Shown: one piece after another, positions 53,241 through 64,000 of the stretch
Position numbering within the stretch: the stretch's first letter is position 1
How the letters are laid out: each line of letters opens with the position of its first letter
Source of the DNA: Octopus sinensis
Lineage: Eukaryota
NCBI RefSeq assembly: GCF_006345805.1
Contig: NC_043013.1
Span: 54,374,001 to 54,438,000, forward strand
Reading direction: 5' to 3'
Length of the DNA stretch: 64,000 nt
Position numbers and translations under genes: made by a program
The notes under the pieces: generated by a model
Databases searched by the model: none
Seen by the model: the letters and a program-made list of their open reading frames with translations, nothing else
What the model was told of the DNA's origin: nothing

Positions 53241-53512
53241 GCCCTCTCTTTTTAATCTAGCTTACATATCATACAACCATATCCTAATAAATAAAGCCAG
53301 GCCTAACTAATATTATGATCTTATTCTATGAGCATCAAATCATTGGTAAGCCCCGTTCTAACTTGCAAAGCTCAATATTCAATTTTTTTTTAAATGAGGA
53401 AGGAAAAAACAGCTTTCTTTACAGTAATCGTAGAATAATGTCTTACAAAATGCCCAACTATTTGTCAATGAAAGTGTGTTGGTAAAAATGGTTAAACTGT
53501 CATGTATCTCAC

Positions 53513-53633
53513 CTGTTTTCCATCGGTACACTTGTTGACCCATGGTAGAATAACAACACATTAAAATTAGAAGCAATCTTCTGGTTGTGTCTACTTTTCT
53601 TCTCCTTCGGTACTTTCCATCTTCCATGCTCAT
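53513..53633 (-). CDS. first coding exon (partial CDS) of a secreted/type-I membrane TSP1-repeat protein, most likely THSD7A/B-like
   Basis: Exon 53513-53702 has acceptor TTTTCTTTTTGCAG| and donor CAG|GTGAGA. ATG at 53633 has an in-frame stop upstream (53667-53669). It reads MSMEDGKYRRRRKVDTTRRLLLILMCCYSTMGQQVYRWKT-G: basic n-region, hydrophobic h-region, then Y-x-W-K-T-G, like vertebrate THSD7A LYLWKTG|PWGRC (recalled), with the intron in phase 1 within Gly. Confidence 0.7.
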
Positions 53634-53702
53634 CAAGTGGCAGGCAAAACTCAGCAAATCTCTTGTCTATTGCATATCTACAGTGGATCAAACATAGGGA
53701 TT
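53634..53702 (-). promoter_or_regulatory. 5'UTR part of the exon with two short uORFs (MFDPL*, MQ*)
   Basis: uORF1 at 53695-53678 and uORF2 at 53675-53667, between the splice acceptor and the main ATG. Confidence 0.5.
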
Positions 53703-54019
53703 CTGCAAAAAGAAAACACACAAAAGAAAGAAAATTATTAATATTGTTTAAACAACAGCAACAGAGTATATACAGAAATACAAATGTGTGTGTGTATGTG
53801 TGTGCACGCATGTGTATTCTGAGGAAGTCAAGAAATGGTGACATGAGAAAATTTTGCAAACATAATTATAAGCTCTCACCATGTATTAACTATATTTCCT
53901 AATATTAGATTATTTTTTGTGGTCAATATATGGTGCAAGTTTGGAAATGTATTTACAAAATTTTCTCTCATTATCATTTCTTTATGTTAAGTTGCATGGA
54001 GTCAGATCAAGCTATTTTA

Positions 54020-54061
<42 letters not shown>

Positions 54062-54133
54062 TTATATATATATATATACTAAACACACACACATACACTC
54101 ACACACATATATGTATAATAATACAGTAAACTT

Positions 54134-54310
54134 CAAAATGGAAAAAGAATTTGTCAGGGCTGTATTCTTTCTCCATACTTGATCAACATCTACACTGAGT
54201 GGATAATGCAAAAAGCAATACTAGAAGAAGAGAATGACATCGAAATACATGGCTTGCATTTTTCATGTCTAAGGTATGCTGATGATATTGTTCTTCTTGC
54301 CAAGACTGGA
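54134..54310 (+). mobile_element. RTE/BovB-like reverse transcriptase fragment
   Basis: QNGKRICQGCILSPYLINIYTEWIMQKAILEEENDIEIHGLHFSCLRYADDIVLLAKTG, with QGxxLSP and YADD motifs. Confidence 0.85.
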
Positions 54311-54466
54311 CTACACAAAATATAAATACTTATATATGTATACACACAAATGTTTGTCTGCCTGTCTTTGATTTGGTCCCATGCAACCAAAAGTTACATT
54401 GGCCTCCTACAGAAACCTAGCTTGTTGGGCTGTTTAACCACATATATCTGTGTGTGTGTTTGTGGG

Positions 54467-54506
<40 letters not shown>

Positions 54507-54515
54507 CACACACAC

Positions 54516-54781
54516 ACATTATTTATATTAAGGGCTATTACTATAATTAAATGCTTCATGCTGTAATGGGACTCTAAAGTCAAACTACTTCAATAAATAT
54601 ACACGGCACTGAAAGCAAGGGAATTAAACATGGAAGTTACCTATCAGAAACAGATTTAGTTGCATACCATTAAAGATTTCATGGTCAGTATGTATAATAT
54701 GCTCTCCAATCATTTGACTTTAGAGTCCCATTACAGCGGGAGGCATTTATTTGTAGTAATAGCCCTTAATATAAATAATGT
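54516..54781. repeat. 69-bp inverted repeat with 128-bp spacer (foldback/MITE-like or inverted PLE tail)
   Basis: 54516-54584 matches the reverse complement of 54713-54781 with 5 mismatches. Confidence 0.9.
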
Positions 54782-54887
54782 ATTTATATTTAAAGGAACA
54801 ATTATATACTTAGTTTTTATTTTCTCTTAAACTAGGTTTTTCACGCTGGCAACTTGATGAATTTTTATATAGATTTCATCCTTATAT

Positions 54888-54934
<47 letters not shown>

Positions 54935-55730
54935 ATATATATTTGACAGATTCCGATATTTTTCTTGAAGAAAAATAGTTGTCTAGAATAATGTTGACAT
55001 ATTGGCAGTTAAGCGGTAAGTTAGCCAATTCTGATGTCACTTTAATTAAACCATTCCAACAAAGTTTCCTATCATTTATACAAATAATGGCTTAATTCCT
55101 TTCACTATACGATTCACATAATTCGTCACAGATTCCAATGATTAGATAAGGATGATTAACTGCTTGATTAAAATCAATATTTAATATTAATACTACATTA
55201 GAAAGGATTATGAATTTAAGCCTACATGCACAAACATATATATATATGTATATATAAAACTTTGAGATATTTGTTCTCAGTAAGTATAGCTTTTGGTGAT
55301 TTGAAATACTACTCATTACAAGAATGAAATACATTTGCCATTTATACCAGTGGGAAGAGGAAGGGAAGCTAAATTCTATCAGCATAGAAAGCATATACAC
55401 CAAAAACGTTTGGGATTATATCTGTATGTGCAAGTGGCAAGTGTCTTCTGCCATAGACTTAAGCTGGCCAAAGTCTTGAAAGTGGTTATGATAAATGGAA
55501 ACTGAAAGAAGCCTGTCACATATATCTTTGCTGATTTTTTTCTCCTGATGAAGAAATCTGGTCATATGGTAATGTCTCTGTGTGACCATTTACTGGTTGC
55601 ATATCTTTGACTATTTGCACATTCTCCTAATTATGAACATTATGATAAGTAGGTAATTCTGAGCTCCTAGAAACAGCTGTTGAGTTAAAAATACTATGCT
55701 TTCTCTCTCGCTTTATATATACATATATAT

Positions 55731-55778
<48 letters not shown>

Positions 55779-55792
55779 ATATATATAGATAT

Positions 55793-55831
<39 letters not shown>

Positions 55832-56155
55832 TACATATAAGGCAAAAGGGTTAGGTTCATTACAGCTGTTTCAGACATGTCTTTATTGATGAACAAATCA
55901 ATTACATCATCAAATACTAATAATAAACATATATATATATATGTATGTATATCCATATATATATATATGAAGCTGAATCCTGTTTGTCTGCATCACTGTC
56001 TTAATATCAGCTCCCCTCGATTTCTCTTATAGCCACTTGTTACACTGTGATAATGACTTTAGCATTTAAGCTCATATCATTTGAGCTCTACTATTTGTTC
56101 CCTATATTCAGCATCTCTAGCTCTTACCTACTTACTGCATATATATATATATGTG

Positions 56156-56199
<44 letters not shown>

Positions 56200-56201
<2 letters not shown>

Positions 56202-56420
56202 GGTTGTCTACTCCTTATGCAGAGTTTGAACACTTTCTGTACATACATCTTAGATCCATCATGGCATCTGATGTGGCTTCACACAGATTGCATGTCTGAG
56301 TTGGACCACCAACAGCTGCAGTTAAGTTCTGATATTTGTGGATCTTAAAATGTCTTTTGAGGCCTCTGTTAGATTTGCAGACTTTATGGCATACATAACC
56401 TTGAAAGGTGTGTACAGACA
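56200..56420 (-). mobile_element. LINE 3' end with C2H2 zinc-finger remnants, inverted copy of the 27520-27820 family
   Basis: ORF 56215-56421 reads VCHKVCKSNRGLKRHFKIH...TCNLCEA; shares the end CATAAGGAGTAGACAACC. Confidence 0.7.
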
Positions 56421-56884
56421 TAGAGGCAGAATAGTTGGCATGTGTGTGTGTGTGTGTCTTTGTCTCCCACCACTGCTTGACAGCTGTTGTTGGTTTGTTT
56501 ATGTCCCCAAAACTTAGCAGTTTGGCAGGAGAGACTGCAAGGAATAGTCACAGTCTTATGAGTGAAACAAGTAAAAGAAGAGTTGTTTTGATCATATTTA
56601 AACAGCATCAGCAAAAAATAGTTGATAGACAATATCACAAGGAATTACAATGGTCTAAGCCCTGCGTAATTTGTCTAATTATCAAAACTTGAGCCAAAGG
56701 AAATAACTGAAGTGGTTAATTTTGCAGCTGAGGCTATTAGCAATCTTTGTAACAAGAATCAACTGCTGTCGGGTTGCGACCCTTTAGACTCTTTTACTTA
56801 AATCTCCTTCTGTTAATCCTCTCAAGTGTTTTAAGGCCTATTTACACCATATCTTGCTGCTTTCAATGAAACCTGACAACCGAT

Positions 56885-57218
56885 GAAAAGAAAAGAGGCA
56901 GAGGATGAGGAGGAAGAAGAAGAAGAAGTGGAAGAGGAATAAGTAGAAGAAGAAGAAGAGGAGGAGGAGGAGGAGGAAGAAGAATAAGTGGAAGAGGAAT
57001 AAGAAGAAGAAGAAGAAGAAGAATAGGAGGAGGAGGAGGAGGAGGAGGAAGAGGAAGAAGAAGAAGACGAAGAAGAAGAAGAAGAATAAGTGGAAGGGGA
57101 AGAAGAAGATGGAGAAGAAGAAGAATAAGTGGAAGAGGAAGAAGAAGACGGAGAAAAAGAAGAAGAAGAGGAGGAAGAAGAATAAGTGGAAGAGGAAGAA
57201 GAAGAAGAAGAAGAAGAA
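56885..57218 (+). repeat. (GAA/GAG)n purine tract with a recurring GAATAAGTGGAAG punctuation
   Basis: Directly visible; in-frame TAA/TAG codons break the poly-Glu frame. Confidence 0.95.
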
Positions 57219-57404
57219 ATAACAACACTATTTAGAGAAAAAGGTTCACATACTTTCACACCTATGTTAGACATACATGTTTACAAGTTTATATTCTCTC
57301 TCCCTTTACTTCTATCTGTCAGTCTGTGTGTCTGTCTGCCTGCATACACACACACACACACACACACAGTGATTTATACACTTTGTATTTGTGTAAGTAT
57401 GTGC

Positions 57405-57567
57405 ATCATCATCATCATCGTTTAACATCTGCCTACCATGCTGGCATGGGTTGGACAACATGACGGAACTGGCTCAGCAGAAGACTGCACCAGACTCCTG
57501 TGTCTGTTTTGGTATGCTTTTCTACAGCTGGATGCCCTTCCTAACACCAACCACCCCACAGAGTGCA

Positions 57568-57570
<3 letters not shown>
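57405..57570 (-). mobile_element. family C (GAT-tailed) 3' part, inverted relative to 52655-53240
   Basis: (CAT)n-CGTTTAAC...TTTCTACAGCTGGATGCCCTTCCTAACAC. Confidence 0.8.
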
Positions 57571-57619
<49 letters not shown>

Positions 57620-58289
57620 CACACTCACACACACATATGTGTGTATGCATTCTTGTATGTGTGCTTGTAAGCATGTATCTATCTACATACTTATATATGT
57701 ATGCATGTATGTATGTATGTATTATATGATGTATAAGTAAGTGCATGTATGTACAGCTTCATAATGTCTGGTTCAGTTTCACAGAACAGTATTCTGTGTA
57801 TGTGCCTCTCAAATCACTCAATACCTTGTCAGTTAATGTGGCAGATGGAAACTATGTGAAGCCCAAGCCTATTATGTGTGTGTGTGTATGTGTGTGTGAA
57901 TGTCTGTATGTCTCTGTAACTTAGCAGTTTGGCAAAGAGAAACTAATAGAATAAGTTCCAGACTTATACTGGGACTGATTTGATTGAATAAAAACCAGCA
58001 TGGCTGCAGTCTAATCACTGACAAAAGCTATATACATATGCATACATATATATTAAAAAAAATATAAAAGTGTCTAGAGTCTTTCATGAATTCTTTTCAT
58101 GGTTTAGGTTTTAACTGGCCTTTTTAGCATGGAAGGAGTTCTGTCAAAGGTCTCCTCTTTGTGTTGAGAAAGATTCTATACACTTTTATACTTTTAAAAA
58201 TATCTCATCTCCTCTGACTCTTATTTATGCCAACCAGCCACTGGCTATAAAGTATCTTAATTCATTACCCTCATATTTACCATATATAT

Positions 58290-58610
58290 ATAGGTGCAGG
58301 CGTAGCTGTGTGGTAAGAAGCTTGCTTCCCAACAGCATGGTTCTGGGTTCAGAGCCACTGTTTGTCTTCTACTATAGTCCCTGGATGACCAAAACCTCGA
58401 GTGGATTTGGTTGAACTCCATCACGTATATATGTGTGTTCGTCCCCATTGTTGCTTGCCAACCAGTGTTGGTGTTTTCAACAAAAGAAGCTGACAGAATA
58501 AGTGTAAGAATTAAAAAGTAAAAAAGGACTGGGGCTGATCCATTTGGCTAAAAATGCTTGAAGGTGGTGCTCCAGCATGGCCACAGTTAAATGACTGAAA
58601 CAAGCAAAAG
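58290..58610 (+). mobile_element. SINE family A copy with internal deletions
   Basis: GGTGCAGGCGTAGCTGTGTGGTAAG head and GACTGAAACAAGCAAAAG tail. Confidence 0.75.
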
Positions 58611-60203
58611 ATGTATGTATGTAGGTATGTATGCAAGCATGTATCTATATATGTATGTACGTACGTATGTATGTATATATATATGTATGTAGGTATGTAT
58701 GTGTGTAAGTATGTATGTATGTATGTACATACGTACATATGTATGTGTGTAAGTATGTATGTATGTACATACGTACATATGTATGTGTGTAAGTATGTAT
58801 GTATGTACATACGTACATATGTATGATTTGTCTCTGTATATATTTATGTGTGATCATGCTCTAATTCTCGTTAGCATTTATCATTATTTAACAATTATGC
58901 TAATATCTGCAATAGTGATTTATTCATAAAGGTGATGCCAGACACTTAATATTCTACATATATTTCTACTTTTCCACTTAGAAATTGTATCGCCTTCTTT
59001 CAGATAATCGCTTTCATCTTAACACTCTTTTTCAACACACAACATACTTCCTATTAAACTTTAATATCTTTTCTTTCAACTCTACAACTAACAACATTTT
59101 CTTTCCTTTTTCTTTCCAGCTCTTTCTTGCTAATTCATTTAAAAAAGAAACTCCTCATTGTTGTTTTCTTGAAGCCAATATATCAGATGTAAATTGGCAC
59201 CACCAGAGAATGTCTTTAAGAACTACAATCTACCTAAGATTGAGTTCATTAATAATTTGTTTCTGTAATACGAAGGTTGAGATATAGAAATAGATGTGTG
59301 TCGGATTTAATGCCTAGTATTAGCTACTTTTATCTGTCAGATTTCAAACATAATTAGGAGGCAGTTTTGCTTTTGATCTCTCCCGGACCAATTAAAGAAG
59401 GAGTGGTTATGCAACTAATTAACTGTACTCAACCCCAATTAACATATGTTGCCTTGTGCCAATGTGTAAAAATTCCTTATTATGGCAGAAACAGTCAAGT
59501 CTTACATCTAATTCCAGCAGTTAGTTTATTTCTATATTGAATTTCCTACACTGATAGATTTCCAGTCATATGCAGTGAATGAGTCATTTTTTCAATATGA
59601 CTTTTTTGAGTACATTAAAGGTTGTATCTCACTGAAGAGGTTAGAATAATATCGAAACATTCAATGTTATTTCGCACTCTTACTGGAATAATGGAAGTAA
59701 TATTAATCATTGAGTTACATCATTTTATCCTCACATCATATTTAGTTTTAGCTAATTGCTTTGATGATTCCTGCATATATTAAGTTAACATGTAATTAAC
59801 ATATTTAATTTTAAGCAATATTTACTTTAGATTGTCAGGTGAAGATGACTTCTACCAGAAGCTGAAGGAAACCTGCCACTGATGACCACACAACCTTGTA
59901 GTTCCCGTTTATGGTTGAATGGTTGACATCGAAACTGTTCCCTTACTTGGCTTGCCTGGTGGGGAAGGTCTGTTAGTACCAGCAGGATTACAAAAGTAAA
60001 ATATATCAAAAGCAGATAAGCTTCGTCAAAATTATTGATACCTGTAATTCTGGAGAGGAGATGGGTGCCACTAGGAGGGGTGCCACTAGATCCATTGAAA
60101 TATTGGAATGGAAATTATACTAGTATTTAATTCCATAACAAACTAGTCAGGGCCTGAAAACATATGACAAGGAAGAATGGAAAATATTGGTTGAAGATTT
60201 CAA

Positions 60204-60220
60204 GAGCCCCCTAGTGGCAG
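60204..60220 (-). promoter_or_regulatory. CTCF-like motif
   Basis: GAGCCCCCTAGTGGCAG (reverse complement CTGCCACTAGGGGGCTC) closely matches the CTCF core CCAC(C/T)AGGGGGCGC. Confidence 0.4.
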
Positions 60221-61228
60221 TGATTTGACTCAGATGTTTACTTTTCTCCCTTTATGTTGTGAATTCAAATTTCAATGAGTTTAACTGACTTTCATCTCTC
60301 TACAAGTGATTAGAGAAATATCAGTAATATGCTGAGAATCAAATCAAATTAATATCACCCCCCCACACACACACACACACAACACACCCAACTACAAATA
60401 TATGGGTCTGCCCTTATCAAATAAATTAATAAACATAGTCCCTCATTAATTCATTTCTATAATTATTGAATATTTTCACGTTTCTCTGAATGTGTCAGTA
60501 TTTTCTAAATTGAAAGAATAATTAATTTTTAGCATAAGCATGATATTGCATTAAATTAATATGAAATTGAAATGACGTATATGTCTTCATAATTACAAAA
60601 ATCATTAATTCAAAAATTATTTTGTAGAATAAAGAAATGAAAAATTTGCTACAAAACAATCAGAATTTTCTGACATTTGTGGTGGTTGTTACGATAGTGG
60701 TGGAGAGGATGGTGGAGATAATATTATAACAGCTAATTGCCTTTGATGCACATTGTCAGAGGGAGGGACAGGGAGAGTGCAGGAGACACAGCACTAGTTA
60801 TATTAGTAGATTGGTAGATATGAACTAATAGACCAGTATCCAGCCCACTTAATCGGTTACTAGTTGCTATACCTGTCAAAAGAAACTTCAAAGATTTGTG
60901 GAAATATATTCAAACACACTATTAATAATTGTGTATAATATGAAATACTTCAAATAATTTTTTAAAAATTCTTTAGTTTCTTCTCTAAACATAAATAGTG
61001 TAAAGCTATCACATTGTTCTATAAGTTAATCGAGTGTACTGGAGAATATTTCTTCTCTTCTTCACAGCATTGGTAGTTTTCTTTAAGTACTTAAGATTAA
61101 AGTTTGCTGTTGCAAAAATTAACCTTTTCAAACTAACCTGATAGACTGAAAATAAATCTCATCAGATGATTTTATTAAATTAAAACATCCAACAGTGACA
61201 GTCTTCTTCGTCTTATAATTATTAATTA

Positions 61229-61266
<38 letters not shown>

Positions 61267-61702
61267 GACATTTTAAAAACCTACAGCTGTTCTCAAAATG
61301 GCTACTGCAGATTCTGTTGATATTGTCAAATTCTATTTCCATCTAGTAAGCATTGTAGCTTATCTTTTTATTTTCTTTAGTAACTCAGATTTAGTAACTG
61401 TTCACAGCAATTAACTAAGTGTGGAGTACATCCAGTCTTATTGTACTCCTTTCATGGGTAGATTTACTCTCTAAAGCAAATTCAACTTCTGTATTATCTT
61501 GACAGTGGAGCTGGCTAGATATTACACCATTATGTTTGACAACTAATTACAGACAGCAGATAAAATTTCAGGTTCTTTATTTCCAGCAAATTTCCTCAAA
61601 GAATGGGAAACTTACATTGGTGTCAGATTTCTGGTGGAATAAATGATTAATGATGGTTGCTGTTAAATATCACATCACAGACAGAAAGTTACAAGAAAAT
61701 AT

Positions 61703-61743
<41 letters not shown>

Positions 61744-62039
61744 TATATATATGTAGATAGATATAGATATATATAGATAGATAGATAGATAGATAATAAT
61801 TCAATAATGTGTGTGTACATCTTTTATCACATCCCTTTCTTTAATTTCAAGAACTGAATGTTCATAAGCATTCTCTTTTCCCAACTCCACCCTGTTTATT
61901 CCTGTCCACTCATCTATAATGTGAGTAGATAAGTATCTCCTCCATGGCAAAAACCCTACTCTCTTCTGGTACCTTCTTTCATACTTCAACTTCTCATCTT
62001 CGAACATAAAGTCACCTTCATCTCCACTGTCAGGTGCTC

Positions 62040-62275
62040 TACTCACTTCAAAAGAATCTTAGTCTTGTGAGCTGCACAGCAACCTCACTGATGCTGGAGC
62101 CATGAACAAAGCACCCAGTACATTGGGTAAGGTGTATGGCATTGTGAAGGGCAACCAACCATAAGAACCATACCAAAGCAGACCTAGGAGCATAATGCAG
62201 CTCTTAGACCCATTTCATTCTGTCAAATCATCTAACCCATGACAGCATGGCAGATGGACATTAAAAAATGATGAT
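62040..62275 (+). mobile_element. decayed family C repeat copy
   Basis: AAAGCACCCAGTAC...GAAGGGCA...CTAACCCATG...ATGATGATG. Confidence 0.6.
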
Positions 62276-62901
62276 GGCTTTAAAGAACTGAACTGTCTAA
62301 ATACATTTTTTGTCATGTTTTTTTTCTGTTGTTATTCAGCTTTAGTTCTTTTTATTTTATCTTCAAAGTTGTTTCTAAAGACTTTTAAATGATAATTATT
62401 ATCAAACTTATCGTTAAGCGATAATTATCATCAGTTTTACATTATTTTAATCATTTCCATTTATAAAATGTTTTATTGCATTTGATCCCCCTGACCTCTT
62501 TTAGGTTTTATTTCTAAAACGCAATTCTTCTAATTTTGTCTGTGTATGATCTCAGTAAAGTTTATTTAATTCGTAATCTTGATCAAAGGAGTTAAATCTA
62601 TGAAGCTCATCACTAAGTCTACTTTGCTAATATTTTCTATAACTGACTTCCTTGTTTGAATTGAAATGTCATTATGAATGTGTGTGTGTGTGTGTGTGTG
62701 TGTGTCTCTGTGTGTGTGTGTGTGTGTGTGTCTCTGTGTGTGTGTGTGTGTGGTGAGGTGGTGTCTGTGTGGTATGAAACTAGAAAACTGACTTGATATT
62801 CAACTTTCCTGAATATTGATTTATGAGAATGATTTAGATCATCTAATGAAATGCTATGTCATCTTTACAACAACAACAACAACATCGCAACACCGCCCTT
62901 A

Positions 62902-62933
<32 letters not shown>

Positions 62934-63219
62934 TACCTCAAAACATAGTTATTAACATAACTATTTGAAGCACCACCACCACCACCATCTCTGGAATTTT
63001 ATTTGATTTATTCTATTATTGTAAATATTCAACAATCCACCAACATAAATTCCAAACTGTTCAACCTTCCCAGCCATACAACCTCAAAACTGACATTGAT
63101 GTCTTGGAATTTCTGATAATTCATTGAGGAGAATTTTACTTGGATAGCCCTGAGGTGGAGCATCAGGCGAAATCTATTGCAATATTTGATATTCTTGGGG
63201 CAGCAAACAGGTAAAATCA

Positions 63220-63420
63220 TTTGCTTGCTGGACAAAGTGCTGCCAAGCATTTTATCTCTCTTTGAATTCTGCTGAGTTCAAATTCTGCTGAGGTTAACTC
63301 TGCCTTTCATCCCTGCTGGGGTTGACAAAATAAGTAACAGTTTATCCTTGGAGCTGATGTAACTGACTTCTTTGTCTCCCATTCTTGCTGGCCTTGTGCC
63401 AAAATTTGAAACCAATATTT
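63220..63420 (+). mobile_element. SINE family D copy
   Basis: GAGTTCAAATTCTGCTGAGGTTAACTCTGCCTTTCATCCC...GGCCTTGTGCCAAAATTTGAAACCAAT. Confidence 0.7.
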
Positions 63421-63712
63421 GACATCATTAGATGTGTGGGAAGAGAGAGATTAGCAGAACTGGTAAAGTGGTGGGTAAAATTCCATGTGATTGTAACACT
63501 CACTGGGTTCAAATCCCATCCAGTTTCAACATTGATTAGCACCCTTCCAGACTCGAAGTAGAAATCCTGTGCTAGTGGGAGGTGAGGTGGCCCATAAAAT
63601 AAAGGACCAAAGAAGAACCGGTGATGTGTGAAATAGTGGTCCAGAAAATAAACTACCCATTGATATTTCTAGTTGGCATCATTATGGCCAGGCACCTGCA
63701 CAACAGATATGT

Positions 63713-63879
63713 ATAGACACCCTGTATATAAGATGAATACATATACACCCTGTATATGAGATGAATGGACAGACACCCTGTATATGAGATGAATGGATAT
63801 ACACCCTGTATATGAGATGAATGGATAGACACCCTGTATATGAGATGAATGGATAGACACCCTGTATATGAGATAAATG
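63713..63879 (+). repeat. 28-bp minisatellite x~6 (ACACCCTGTATATGAGATGAATGGATAG)
   Basis: ACACCCTG recurs at 63717, 63745, 63773, 63801, 63829 and 63857. Confidence 0.95.
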
Positions 63880-64000
63880 TGTAATCACTTCTGTCTCGAG
63901 GATTTGTTGTCTTGTATTTCTGACTTCAGCAACTCCAGAACCAGGTTCTCTCTTTCCCTTCCACTCCAGCAATCATGGGGGAACCCTTCTACCTTACTTC

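Noticed and set aside
53509-53859. Alternative open frame through the exon (ESLCLIHCRY...PMENR)
   Set aside because: Open across the exon but with no recognisable motif. The other frame gives a signal peptide plus WKTG with the expected intron phase. It cannot be fully excluded without transcripts.
56831-57274. Poly-Ser, poly-Leu and poly-Glu ORFs
   Set aside because: Translations of the GAA/GAG microsatellite.
59947-60049. Possible upstream non-coding exon on the minus strand (CTCCAG| ... CAA|GTAAGG)
   Set aside because: The splice signals are ordinary-strength matches expected by chance; unsupported without RNA data.
61801-62046. 81-aa protein-like ORF (MSRAPDSGDEGD...)
   Set aside because: Non-ATG start, no splice signals, and it lies in the pyrimidine-rich leader next to a family C repeat, as also seen near 33000 and inverted near 30550-30800.

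Overview
AT-rich, microsatellite-dense eukaryotic DNA. The SINE/LINE families look like those of an octopus (coleoid cephalopod) genome; this is recognition from memory, not a database result. Only one host coding exon is supportable: a 190-nt minus-strand exon (53513-53702) with clean splice sites. It encodes a signal-peptide-like N-terminus ending YRWKT-G at a phase-1 intron, resembling the first coding exon of THSD7A/B (thrombospondin type-1 domain protein 7). No following TSP1 exon was found, so ~1-53512 is probably one very large intron, and the region above 53702 is a 5'UTR intron or upstream DNA. The rest is repeats: decayed RTE and CR1-like LINEs, a complete non-autonomous Helitron nested in an RTE, a decayed hAT transposase, a DD37D mariner, MITEs, a Penelope GIY-YIG remnant and three or more SINE-like families. 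There are also 146-bp and 28-bp tandem arrays and many microsatellites, which account for most ORFs in the supplied track. Best leads: dispersed Penelope-type hammerhead-ribozyme relics with a very long helix II insert, a pre-miRNA-sized hairpin, inverted repeats flanking the start exon, uORFs and a CTCF-like motif cluster. No clearly new biological system can be demonstrated from sequence alone.
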